In this document: in pieces, positions 9,603 to 18,698 of the stretch
How positions within the stretch are numbered: the stretch's first letter is position 1
How the letters are laid out: the number at the start of each line of letters is the position of its first letter
Source of the DNA: an uncultured Cytophagia bacterium
Lineage (GTDB): Bacteria; Zhuqueibacterota; Zhuqueibacteria; Oceanimicrobiales; Oceanimicrobiaceae
Length of the DNA stretch: 64,000 bases
Assembly (NCBI GenBank): GCA_964539665.1
Contig: CAZIKB010000003.1
Coordinates: 60,062-124,061 of the forward strand
Reading direction: 5' to 3'
Program-made: the position numbers and the translations under genes
Notes under the pieces: generated by a model
Told to the model about the DNA's origin: nothing
Databases searched by the model: none
The model's input: only the letters and a program-made list of their open reading frames with translations

Positions 9603-10616
9603 TTGGAAATAAATTCGATGGAAGAACAAATAATTACTCGTAGTACGCCACAAGATGGGGAAAGTGAGCAAGTCATGTTACCTCCAAAAGATAAAACCTC
9701 CATCATTATTACCGTAAAAAACTTTGAATCAGAGATCGGTGAAATAAATCAAACATTGCTCGCGAGTTTAGAAAAATCCAACGATGATTTTGAAGTGATC
9801 TATATCGATGATGGCAGCCTTGATAATACCTGGGAAGCGCTCAAGCAACAGGCTCTGAATGACAGGCGCATTAAATTGATTCGAATGCGCACTTCATTCG
9901 GGGAGTCTGCTGCATTCGAGGCAGGAATCAAACATGCTCAGGGCGACCGGATCGTGTTTTTTGCAACGAGGGTGCGGATCAATCCTGCTCAAATTTCAAA
10001 TTTAGTGGCAAAGTTAAAAGATGATTATGATTTAGTTATGGGTTGGCGGCATCCCCGTCGGGATTCGCTGTTAAATAGAGTTATCTCAAAAACATTTAAT
10101 ATGATGATTAAATGGATTTCTAAGATAACATTGCATGATATAAATAGCGGAGTTTTTGCCACCAGAAAAGAAGTTTTGCAGGATGTCCCAATTTATGGTA
10201 ATTTGAACATTTTCCTGCCAATTTTAGCAACCAGAAAGGGCTACCGGGTAGGGGACGAACAGATCGAACAACTTCCCGGAAAATTTCGGCAGTCGAAATA
10301 TTTCTCCGAATATATTCAAAGGCTTCTGGACATGGTCACTGTAATCTTCCTGACCAATTATTCCAAGAAACCTCTGCACTTCTTAGGCTTCTTTGGTATT
10401 ATTTTTACGATAATTGGTGCAGGAATGAATCTGTACCTGTTTATTTACAGGTTGCTGGAATTTGGCCCGATTGCTGGTCGGCCGCTCCTTCTACTTGGAG
10501 CATTGCTGTTAGTAATTGGCATCCAGATGATTTCAATCGGATTAATAGGCGAAATGATTATTTTTACCCATGCGAAAGAAATCAAAGAATATACAATTGA
10601 AGAAATTTTGGATTAA
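9603..10616 (+). CDS. GT2-like paralog lacking the catalytic DXD motif, probably degenerate
   Basis: It has a YIDDGSLDNT motif and C-terminal TM helices. The position of the DGD/DAD motif reads FFATRVRINP. Confidence 0.6.
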   Translation: MEINSMEEQIITRSTPQDGESEQVMLPPKDKTSIIITVKNFESEIGEINQTLLASLEKSNDDFEVIYIDDGSLDNTWEALKQQALNDRRIKLIRMRTSFGESAAFEAGIKHAQGDRIVFFATRVRINPAQISNLVAKLKDDYDLVMGWRHPRRDSLLNRVISKTFNMMIKWISKITLHDINSGVFATRKEVLQDVPIYGNLNIFLPILATRKGYRVGDEQIEQLPGKFRQSKYFSEYIQRLLDMVTVIFLTNYSKKPLHFLGFFGIIFTIIGAGMNLYLFIYRLLEFGPIAGRPLLLLGALLLVIGIQMISIGLIGEMIIFTHAKEIKEYTIEEILD

Positions 10617-10637
10617 AAAATATACATTGGATTTATT

Positions 10638-11624
10638 ATGAAGCTCATTATTCAAATTCCTTGTTTAAATGAAGAAAAGTCCTTACCTGAGACTTTGAAT
10701 GATTTACCAGATTCCATTGAAGGTGTGGATGAAATCGAAACCTTGATTATTGACGATGGCAGTGAAGACCGGACTATAGAAGTTGCACGCGAGTCAGGGG
10801 TGAATCATATTGTACAACACACAAATAATAAAGGGCTTGCAGAAGCATTTGTGACTGGTATTGACGCCTGCCTTAAACTCGGCGCGGACATTATTGTCAA
10901 TACTGACGGGGACAATCAATATAATGGCCGTAGCATCGTAGATTTGATTGATCCGATTCTAAAACGCAAAGCGGATATGGTTGTGGGAGATCGGCAGGTA
11001 AACGGTATTCCTCATTTTTCGTTTTTTAAAAAACGTTTGCAATCTCTGGGCAGTTGGGTTGTTCAGCATATCTCTGATACGAAGGTTCCCGATACCACCA
11101 GTGGCTTCCGAGCGTTCAGCCGCGAAGCAGCGCTTCGAATGAATGTTATTTCAAGGTTTACCTACACGCTCGAGACTATTATTCAGGCAGGGAAAAGCAA
11201 TGTCGCTATTACGCATGTTCCAGTAGAGACCAATGAGAAACTGCGGGATTCGCGTCTTTTCAAAAGCATACCTAATTATATTAAGCGCTCTGTGGCAACA
11301 ATATTTAGAATTTACACAATGTATGAACCGCTCAAGACATTTTCGATGATTGGAGGTTTTGTTTTTGGCGGCGGTATGCTCTTGTCTTTAAGATATCTAT
11401 ATTTTTATTTTACAACCGGCGGCGGAGGACATATTCAGTCTTTAATCCTTGCCGCTGTGCTCATGTTAATAGGATTTCAGGTGATTATGATTGGGCTCCT
11501 CGCTGATTTAATTCGCGGTAATCGTCGTTTAATTGAAGATACGCAATACCGGGTAAAAAAGATGGAGATAGGACATTTGTACAAAGATGTCAAATTGAAT
11601 GAAAAAAACAGAGAAGAAAGTTAA
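10638..11624 (+). CDS. GT2 glycosyltransferase, polyprenyl-phosphate sugar synthase-like
   Basis: It has IIDDGSEDRT and NTDGDNQY motifs with a C-terminal TM region. Length is 328 aa. Confidence 0.7.
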   Translation: MKLIIQIPCLNEEKSLPETLNDLPDSIEGVDEIETLIIDDGSEDRTIEVARESGVNHIVQHTNNKGLAEAFVTGIDACLKLGADIIVNTDGDNQYNGRSIVDLIDPILKRKADMVVGDRQVNGIPHFSFFKKRLQSLGSWVVQHISDTKVPDTTSGFRAFSREAALRMNVISRFTYTLETIIQAGKSNVAITHVPVETNEKLRDSRLFKSIPNYIKRSVATIFRIYTMYEPLKTFSMIGGFVFGGGMLLSLRYLYFYFTTGGGGHIQSLILAAVLMLIGFQVIMIGLLADLIRGNRRLIEDTQYRVKKMEIGHLYKDVKLNEKNREES

Positions 11625-12672
11625 AATTTGTTATATTGCAGGTCGTGAAGCCAGTTATTCGCGTACAAGAATGATGATTCACGGACTGCAGTCCGTGGGA
11701 TTTGATGTGGTAAAATGTTTGCCGCCGAATAAATCGTTTAAATATTATCCCAATATAATGTGGCAGTTTCTTCGCAAAAAACGTGGCTGCGATTTGGTAA
11801 TCGTTGGCTTTTATGGACAGCTTTTACTGCCCTTCGTCTGGTTGTTCACGACAAAACCTATTTTATTCGATGTGTACATTTCCACTTTCGGGACAATGAT
11901 TGATGATCGGGCTAAAGGACGACGGAATGGTTTCCGGGCCAGACTATACTGGCTGTCAGATTACATTTCTATGAAACTGGCAAATAGAATTATTACTGAG
12001 TCATGCCATCATATAAAACAGTATGCGAAAATGTTTCGGGTTCCGGAAAGTAAATTTAGGCATATTTTTTTAGCAACTGATCCCAATATCATTTATCCAA
12101 AATCGCTGCCGCAACCCAAGGGAAAATTCCTGGTTCATTTCCATGGAGAATATGCACCATTTCATGGCGTCAAATATATTTTCCAGGCGGCTGATATTTT
12201 AAGAAATGAGAATGTGGAATTCCAAATCGTTGGCCGCGGCATTACTCATGAACAGGACATGAAATTTGCAAAAGAGTTGAATCTGCAAAATTGTAAATTT
12301 ATTGAATGGGTGCCTTATGAAGAATTGGCCGACTACATGTCGCGTGCGCATTGCTGCCTGGGATTTTTCGGTGATAATCCCAGAACCATGCGTGTTTTTA
12401 CAAATAAAGTTGTAGAAGCCATTGCAGTCGCAAAGCCATTAATCTCCACAAAAAATGAGCCGGTTCAGGAATTGCTAAAAAATGACGAAAGCGCTTTGCT
12501 GGTTGAAAGAGCTAATCCAGCCCAGATAGCGAAAGCCATTCGTAAATTGCGGGATGACGCTGAATTGCGGCAACGAATCGGCAATGCGGGCCATGAACTG
12601 TTTTTAAAAAATTGTACTTTGGAGGTTTTTTCAAAATATATTAAAAATAATATTGAGGAGATGCTGAATTAA
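11599..12672 (+). CDS. Glycosyltransferase (GT-B fold, GT4-like)
   Basis: It is 357 aa with a Gly-rich N-domain, and its C-domain EWVPYEEL...E-x7-E is consistent with GT4. It overlaps the upstream gene by 26 nt. Confidence 0.55.
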   Translation: MKKTEKKVKICYIAGREASYSRTRMMIHGLQSVGFDVVKCLPPNKSFKYYPNIMWQFLRKKRGCDLVIVGFYGQLLLPFVWLFTTKPILFDVYISTFGTMIDDRAKGRRNGFRARLYWLSDYISMKLANRIITESCHHIKQYAKMFRVPESKFRHIFLATDPNIIYPKSLPQPKGKFLVHFHGEYAPFHGVKYIFQAADILRNENVEFQIVGRGITHEQDMKFAKELNLQNCKFIEWVPYEELADYMSRAHCCLGFFGDNPRTMRVFTNKVVEAIAVAKPLISTKNEPVQELLKNDESALLVERANPAQIAKAIRKLRDDAELRQRIGNAGHELFLKNCTLEVFSKYIKNNIEEMLN

Positions 12673-13691
12673 TGATTGCAGATTTTGATTATTCTTTATT
12701 GAAAGGGAAAAAAGTTCTGATCACCGGCGGTCTTGGATTTATCGGCAGCAGTATCGCTCATCGGTGCGTTGAGTTAGGTGCGAGCGTGATGATTTTAGAC
12801 GCCTGCTTGGAACCTTACGGCTGGAATTTTACTAATATTGAGGAGATTAAAAATAATATCGAATTTATTAAAGGCGATATTCGCGATAGAAATCTGCTGA
12901 TGAAATTAACGCCGAACCAGGATATCATTTTTCACATGGCGGCGCAGGTGGGTCGTGAAATTTCAATTGAGAGCCCGGAATTGGATGTAGAGATCAACTG
13001 TACTGGTACGATTAATCTTCTCGAAGCCTGCCGAAAAAATACGAAAGGTGTTAAAGTAGTCTTCGCTGGTTCTCGGGGGCAAATAGGCGAGCCAGTATAT
13101 TTTCCGGTTGATGAAAACCATCCACAAAATCCTACGGATATTTACGGTATCAATAAAATGGCCGCTGAACAGTATTTATTTCTTTACAGTAAAATAAGTG
13201 AATTCCCGGTTGTATCTCTGAGGCTTAATAATGTCTACGGCCCGAGATGTCAGATGCATGCCAGCTTTTATGGGATTCTTAACTGGTTTATGGCTAATGC
13301 CATGACCGGTAAAGCCATCACTGTTTACGGCGAAGGCAAACAGACCAGAGATTATGTTTATATTGACGATGTTGTGGATGCTTTTATCCGGGTGGCCATT
13401 TCTGAGCAAGCCAATGGTCAGGTCTATTTCGTTGGCTCGGCTGTGGAGACCGTCTTCCTCGAAATGGTGAATGAGATTGTGCGTGCAGTGGGCACAGGCG
13501 AAATAGTACACATCCCGTTTCCTGAGATACGTGATAAAATTGATATAAAAAGATTTGTGGTTACTTATTCGAAAATAAATGCAGCGGTAGGGTGGAAACC
13601 GAATTATGATTTACGAACCGGCGTCAGAAAAACTGTGAATTATTATCGCGGCAGATTGAACGACTATTTGCACCGAGGCGGAGAGAGCTGA
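12672..13691 (+). CDS. NAD-dependent epimerase/dehydratase (UDP-sugar 4-epimerase/decarboxylase-like)
   Basis: It has a VLITGGLGFIGSSIAH motif and a YGINK catalytic motif. Length is 339 aa. Confidence 0.75.
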   Translation: MIADFDYSLLKGKKVLITGGLGFIGSSIAHRCVELGASVMILDACLEPYGWNFTNIEEIKNNIEFIKGDIRDRNLLMKLTPNQDIIFHMAAQVGREISIESPELDVEINCTGTINLLEACRKNTKGVKVVFAGSRGQIGEPVYFPVDENHPQNPTDIYGINKMAAEQYLFLYSKISEFPVVSLRLNNVYGPRCQMHASFYGILNWFMANAMTGKAITVYGEGKQTRDYVYIDDVVDAFIRVAISEQANGQVYFVGSAVETVFLEMVNEIVRAVGTGEIVHIPFPEIRDKIDIKRFVVTYSKINAAVGWKPNYDLRTGVRKTVNYYRGRLNDYLHRGGES

Positions 13692-13692
13692 G

Positions 13693-14682
13693 ATGTCAGA
13701 TCCAGTATCAGTGAAAGATGTAAAAAACATTAATAATCTGAGTGAAAAGCAAAATATAGACCTATCCGTAATAATAGCATGCTTTAATTCCAGTAGAACA
13801 ATCCGGAATGCGCTTGAAGCTATTTCAAATCAGGTAACAAACTACAATTTTGAAATTCTTGTCGTCGATAGCTCCAAAGATGACACTCCTGAGATCGTGG
13901 CTAATGAATTTCCGCACGTCCATCTCTTCAGGTATGAACGTCAGACCTACCCTGGAACGGCACGCAACCTGGGAATAGAGAAAGCACGCGGTACTTATGT
14001 CGTTTTTACCGATTCGGATTGTGTGCCCGATTCTAACTGGGTCGAACAGATTATAAAAACAATCACCAGAGTACAAACAGACGCAGTGGGAGGATGTTTG
14101 ATTAATGGCTATCCAAAGAGTCTTACCGCCTGGGTTAGCCATTTAATTGAATTTAACGAGTGGACAGAAACAACTCCGGCAGGTATTGTGACCAATATCC
14201 CCAGCGCAAATCTGGCTTATAAAAAGGAAACGTTTACACGCTTAAAAGAATACTTCCCTGATTATCTGGGCTCAGAAGATACAATACTCAACTGGAAAAT
14301 GCAAAATAAAGGCGTCAGGATTTATTTCGATCCCAAAATCAGAATTGTCCATTTGAACCGAGTTTCTTTAATAAAACTGTTTCGCCATCAGTATAATTTA
14401 GGCAGGTGGTCAGCCGAAGCAAGACGCAATGTAGATTTGCCAGGGAGTTATTTGGTGAAGTATCGCATCTTGGTATTCGCACTCCCCATCATTCGTTGGG
14501 CCCGGGCGTTAGTCAGGCTGCTTCGTAAAGATATACCGAAATTTTTGCTATTTCTGTTCATCACACCCATTTATTTAGCAACGGCTGTTGCCTGGAGCAT
14601 TGGTTTTGTTTCTAAACAAAAGCTAACATTTTCTATTCAATCGCAGGAAAATTCCAATATTTCCTCAAACACGAGAAGTTAA
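13693..14682 (+). CDS. GT2 glycosyltransferase
   Basis: It has LSVIIACFNS, VVDSSKDDT and FTDSDCVP (DXD) motifs. Length is 329 aa. Confidence 0.7.
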   Translation: MSDPVSVKDVKNINNLSEKQNIDLSVIIACFNSSRTIRNALEAISNQVTNYNFEILVVDSSKDDTPEIVANEFPHVHLFRYERQTYPGTARNLGIEKARGTYVVFTDSDCVPDSNWVEQIIKTITRVQTDAVGGCLINGYPKSLTAWVSHLIEFNEWTETTPAGIVTNIPSANLAYKKETFTRLKEYFPDYLGSEDTILNWKMQNKGVRIYFDPKIRIVHLNRVSLIKLFRHQYNLGRWSAEARRNVDLPGSYLVKYRILVFALPIIRWARALVRLLRKDIPKFLLFLFITPIYLATAVAWSIGFVSKQKLTFSIQSQENSNISSNTRS

Positions 14683-14683
14683 C

Positions 14684-16828
14684 ATGGATGTAAAAAGTCA
14701 AGCTAAAAAAAAGATTTTTGTAACCGGGGGTTCTGGATTTTTAGGTCGAGCAATAATAAGCCATCTTTTAACTGATGGTTTTCAGATCGTTGCACTGGCG
14801 CGGCGTTCGAATGTCCCCGAACATCTGAAGAATCCTGACATTAAATTAGTAGAGGGTGATGTTCGTGATTCCAAAAGTATACAAAAAGCTATGCGGGGCG
14901 TAGATTTCGTTGTCCATGCTGCTGCAACGATGCAAGGTTCCTGGGATGATTTCTATCAAATAAATGTCGAAGCTACCAAAACGCTGCTGGATGCTGCTGT
15001 GAAGCATAAAGTGGAACGATTTATTTATATTAGTTCTGTGAGCGTTTATGCGCACGCCACGATGGAGAACGCTGCAGTGTTTACCGAAGATATGCCGTAC
15101 GAGGGTGACGCGTTCACTAATTTCTACTCCAAATCAAAAATGGAAGCGGAGAAATTAGTCTGGCAGGCTATTAGCGAGAATAAATTATCCAGTGTGATAT
15201 TGCGACCTGGTGCGATTTATGGCCCCGGAGGTAACATATTCCCGGCAACGCTTGGTTTGGGGCTCGGGGTTGACAAAATTATTTTATTCGGCGATTCCAA
15301 AACCGAGCTTCCGTTGAGTTATGTCGAAAATGTAGTTGACGCCATTGTGAAGTCAATTGAACAAAAGGAAGCTGTCGGGGAATGTTTCAATTTAGTTGAA
15401 GACCGGACACTCAGCCGGATAGATTATGCAAATGCCCTGAAATCAGAGGCCAATCCAAATCTGAAAATACTGCGTTTACCGCTCTGGTTCATGAATTTTG
15501 TAAAATTTACTCTGAAAACAGGATTCCGTCTGATAGGTAAAAAAGCGCCGTTGAGCGCATTAAATCTAAAGTTATATTGCTCTTCAATAAAATACTCAAA
15601 TGAAAAATATAAAAGAATTTTTGGTGCGAAACCTTATGTCGACTTTGATGAGAGTATTCATCGAACCATGCAATGGCATAAGAAAAAAAGGACGCCAATT
15701 AGATCTCAGGGACTTCCAGGGGGGGAAGTCCTGCTTTCTACAAAACAAAAACTGAACGTTGGGATCATCGGCTGTGGAAATATTGCTCATGTACATTTAT
15801 TATTTTTGAAGAAGTTCAAGAATGTCGGCAAAATTTACATTGCCGATCCTCAACCAGCTGCTTTGAATGCGATCAGTAAAAAATATAAAGTAGCGAAAGG
15901 CTATAATGACTACCAGGAAATGCTTACTAAAGAACAGATTGATGTGGTTCACATTCTGGCGCCGCCGCAATTTCATGCAGAAATTACCGAGTTTGCTGCA
16001 AAACAGGACTGCCATGTTCTGGTTGAAAAGCCCATGGCTCTGGATTACAGGCAAGCCAAAAAGATGCTGACAGTCGCCCAAAAAAGTAAAATAAAACTAT
16101 GTGTTGTACACAATCATCTTTATGATAAAGTCATGGTCAAAGCCAGGGATATTCTTGCCCAGGGTGTTTTAGGACGCATCACCTATATTGAAAGTTGGTA
16201 TGGAACCCAATTTGGCTCTTTTGCTCCGCCATTCGATCCGCAAAAATATTGGGGTTATTCATTGCCTGGTTCTCTTTACCAAGACTACTTACCCCACGCA
16301 TTATATGTGCTGCTTGACATATTGGGCCGTGGCGAAATCAAAAATATTACGGCTAATTATATCGGCGGCGTGCCTTCCGTTGAAACCGATGAGCTAAAGA
16401 TCATGTTTGAACACGAAAAGAAGGTGGGACTACTTTCCCTGTCTTTGTCGGTGGCGCCGCGTTATCAGTTTATGAATATCTATGGTACGAACGGAACGGT
16501 GAAAATCGACTTCTTAAATAAAGTCGTATTTTTAGACAAGGAGATCGGCGGTGTTCCGAAAACCATAAATCGGGCATTATCAGCTATGAAATATTCGAAG
16601 TTGCTGGGCACGGCCGCTATTCGAAATATCTTTACCATGCACAGGGTACAGCAAAATTTATTTGAAGGCACGGGCAGAATTATTCGGTTGTTTTATCGCA
16701 GCATTTTATTAGATGAGCCCGAACCTGTACCTGCAACCGAAGGCTTACAGGTCATGAACCTTCTGGATCAAATTTGGTCTGAAATTAATACAAAGGAATC
16801 CGCACCTCAGAAAAAAATGCCTGCGTAA
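14684..16828 (+). CDS. Bifunctional fusion of an N-terminal SDR epimerase/dehydratase and a C-terminal Gfo/Idh/MocA oxidoreductase
   Basis: Residues 1-330 carry FVTGGSGFLGRAI and YSKSK motifs. From about residue 345 the sequence reads LNVGIIGCGNIAHVHL...LVEKPMAL, a Gfo/Idh/MocA Rossmann domain with the EKP motif. Total length is 714 aa. Confidence 0.7.
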   Translation: MDVKSQAKKKIFVTGGSGFLGRAIISHLLTDGFQIVALARRSNVPEHLKNPDIKLVEGDVRDSKSIQKAMRGVDFVVHAAATMQGSWDDFYQINVEATKTLLDAAVKHKVERFIYISSVSVYAHATMENAAVFTEDMPYEGDAFTNFYSKSKMEAEKLVWQAISENKLSSVILRPGAIYGPGGNIFPATLGLGLGVDKIILFGDSKTELPLSYVENVVDAIVKSIEQKEAVGECFNLVEDRTLSRIDYANALKSEANPNLKILRLPLWFMNFVKFTLKTGFRLIGKKAPLSALNLKLYCSSIKYSNEKYKRIFGAKPYVDFDESIHRTMQWHKKKRTPIRSQGLPGGEVLLSTKQKLNVGIIGCGNIAHVHLLFLKKFKNVGKIYIADPQPAALNAISKKYKVAKGYNDYQEMLTKEQIDVVHILAPPQFHAEITEFAAKQDCHVLVEKPMALDYRQAKKMLTVAQKSKIKLCVVHNHLYDKVMVKARDILAQGVLGRITYIESWYGTQFGSFAPPFDPQKYWGYSLPGSLYQDYLPHALYVLLDILGRGEIKNITANYIGGVPSVETDELKIMFEHEKKVGLLSLSLSVAPRYQFMNIYGTNGTVKIDFLNKVVFLDKEIGGVPKTINRALSAMKYSKLLGTAAIRNIFTMHRVQQNLFEGTGRIIRLFYRSILLDEPEPVPATEGLQVMNLLDQIWSEINTKESAPQKKMPA

Positions 16829-16892
16829 TTCCTTGCTTAATTAGTAACTGGACAGACGAGCATAAATAAATTTTGAACTTACTATCGTAGCT

Positions 16893-16963
16893 GACTTCCC
16901 GAAATCTCTAAATCGGGAATCCATGTGAGTTGGGCCTGGATTCCCGCTTCAAACATGCGGGAA
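16893..16963 (+). promoter_or_regulatory. Cluster of four alternating TTCCCG / CGGGAA half-sites that can form three mutually exclusive hairpins
   Basis: The possible pairings are TTCCCGA(16897)/TCGGGAA(16913), GGGAATCCA(16915)/TGGATTCCC(16937) and TTCCCGC(16941)/GCGGGAA(16957). The cluster sits in the 343-bp gap between the fusion dehydrogenase gene and the Wzx gene. Confidence 0.35.
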
Positions 16964-17171
16964 AGACTTATTTATAGAAAGAAATGAAAAATTGTCAGGC
17001 TGACAGGATGAAGAGCTCTAAAACTGGATCAGGTAAAATAAAAAACAATTTGATTTCATTCAGGATGAATCTTTCTCATGTCTATGTAAGCTTCTGTTTA
17101 TTAAAAAGATTCTTCCAGAATGACAGTGGCCGTTTTTGTTTTAATATTCCGTGTAAAATCCGTGTCCTTCC

Positions 17172-18608
17172 GTGGTTAAAGGCTGTATGATTTCCCGGGC
17201 GACAATTTTATTGATGACCAGCCAGGTCATCTTTTTATTTTCCGGCTTTCTGATAAATTCTGGATTAGCCCGCATTTTCAAACCAATAGATTATGGCACC
17301 TTTGGACTCGTCATGTCTATTTTGGTGATTGTTGAGTTGTTTGTAATTACAGGCATTCCTGAAGCCATTCAAAAATTTGGCGGGGAACGTCCCGAGGTAA
17401 TGTCGAAGCTAATTTCCAAAACACTTCCCTGGCAAATAGTTTATGCCATAATTGTTTTTCTGATTTTTTGGTTAATTGCCCCCTTGTTGTCCAATATTTT
17501 TGGGGACTCTGAGTTAACATTTTATTTAAGAATAGCTGGAATTGACATAATCATTTATGGTTTGTATAAATATTTTTTGGGAGTGCAAAATGGCCTGCAT
17601 CGATTTTTTCACTACACGATATTAGGCATTACCTATTCTCTGGCAAAGTTAGCTGCCATTCTTGGTTTAGTCTGGTTAGGATTCTCCATATCCGGAGCGC
17701 TGGTTGGCAATATTATCGGCTCAGTGCTTGCCCTGATTTTAGCTTTTATGTTTTCACGGGTTCCTGAATCTGAAGTGGAATTAGAATCGAGATCCTATAC
17801 TTCTTTTGTAATTCAGAATGTGTTTTATTTTGTTGGTTTAAATCTGTTTTTTTCAATTGATCTTTGGTTTGTAAAATATTATATACCAGGAGCCGGGGTA
17901 GGTTTATATGTTTCTGCTTCGGTTTTAGCAAAAGTGACCTATTTGATATCGGTGGCTCTTTCGGCTGTTTTGCTGCCTTCTTTGTCCAGAACCATCAAAT
18001 TGCAACAACAGCAAAGAACCAATGCGCTTATTAAAGACTCGCTACGTTATCTCATGATTTTTTTAGTTTTAATAAATACAGTCATAATTATTAATTCAAC
18101 CGGGATCATCAAGTTGTTTTTTGGTGATGATTACATAGCGGCTGCCTCTGTTTTAAGTATTTTAATAGTAGGCCTGTCTTTCTTTACTATGATGGCAATA
18201 ATCAACACAATCATGATTGCTAACAATCAAATGCGGGCCAGTTTAGTTCTTATATTAGGCCTGCTAATTTTGGATTGCATCTTAAATCGAATATTAGTGC
18301 CTCACTATCAATTGTACGGTGCAGCTATCGCAACAGCAACAGTTGGCTTGCTTGGAACGATTTTAGGCGGATTATATGTTTTTAAAGAATTCAAATCTCT
18401 CATAATATCTTTCTCCTTGGTACGCTTAACAGCCATCACTCTATTTGTCTTTTTTATCGCAAATTTAATGAATCAAATACATATAGATGTGATATTAAAA
18501 TCGGTGCTTTTGGGGAGTATTTTTTTATTTCTATTGTGGCTAACCAGGGAAATAACTTCCGTTGATTTACGTCGATTTAAAGAGTCTCTTGGATTTTCAA
18601 ATACTTAA
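17172..18608 (+). CDS. Polysaccharide biosynthesis protein of the MOP/Wzx flippase family
   Basis: The 478 aa protein has about 12-14 TM helices. It has a GTG start at 17172; the ATG at 17187 may be the true start. Confidence 0.6.
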   Translation: MVKGCMISRATILLMTSQVIFLFSGFLINSGLARIFKPIDYGTFGLVMSILVIVELFVITGIPEAIQKFGGERPEVMSKLISKTLPWQIVYAIIVFLIFWLIAPLLSNIFGDSELTFYLRIAGIDIIIYGLYKYFLGVQNGLHRFFHYTILGITYSLAKLAAILGLVWLGFSISGALVGNIIGSVLALILAFMFSRVPESEVELESRSYTSFVIQNVFYFVGLNLFFSIDLWFVKYYIPGAGVGLYVSASVLAKVTYLISVALSAVLLPSLSRTIKLQQQQRTNALIKDSLRYLMIFLVLINTVIIINSTGIIKLFFGDDYIAAASVLSILIVGLSFFTMMAIINTIMIANNQMRASLVLILGLLILDCILNRILVPHYQLYGAAIATATVGLLGTILGGLYVFKEFKSLIISFSLVRLTAITLFVFFIANLMNQIHIDVILKSVLLGSIFLFLLWLTREITSVDLRRFKESLGFSNT

Positions 18609-18698
18609 CTTGAATTACTCCTGGCATGGCCAGGCAGAAAAAAAATATCAACTTCAAACTAAAATCATTTGAAATAATTGGGTAATTTCATTTAAAAA

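Noticed and set aside
16984-17190. 68-aa + strand ORF in the intergenic region before the Wzx gene
   Set aside because: It has no RBS, a Cys/Arg/Lys-rich composition with no recognisable fold, and it overlaps the palindrome and hairpin elements. It is more likely noncoding regulatory sequence.
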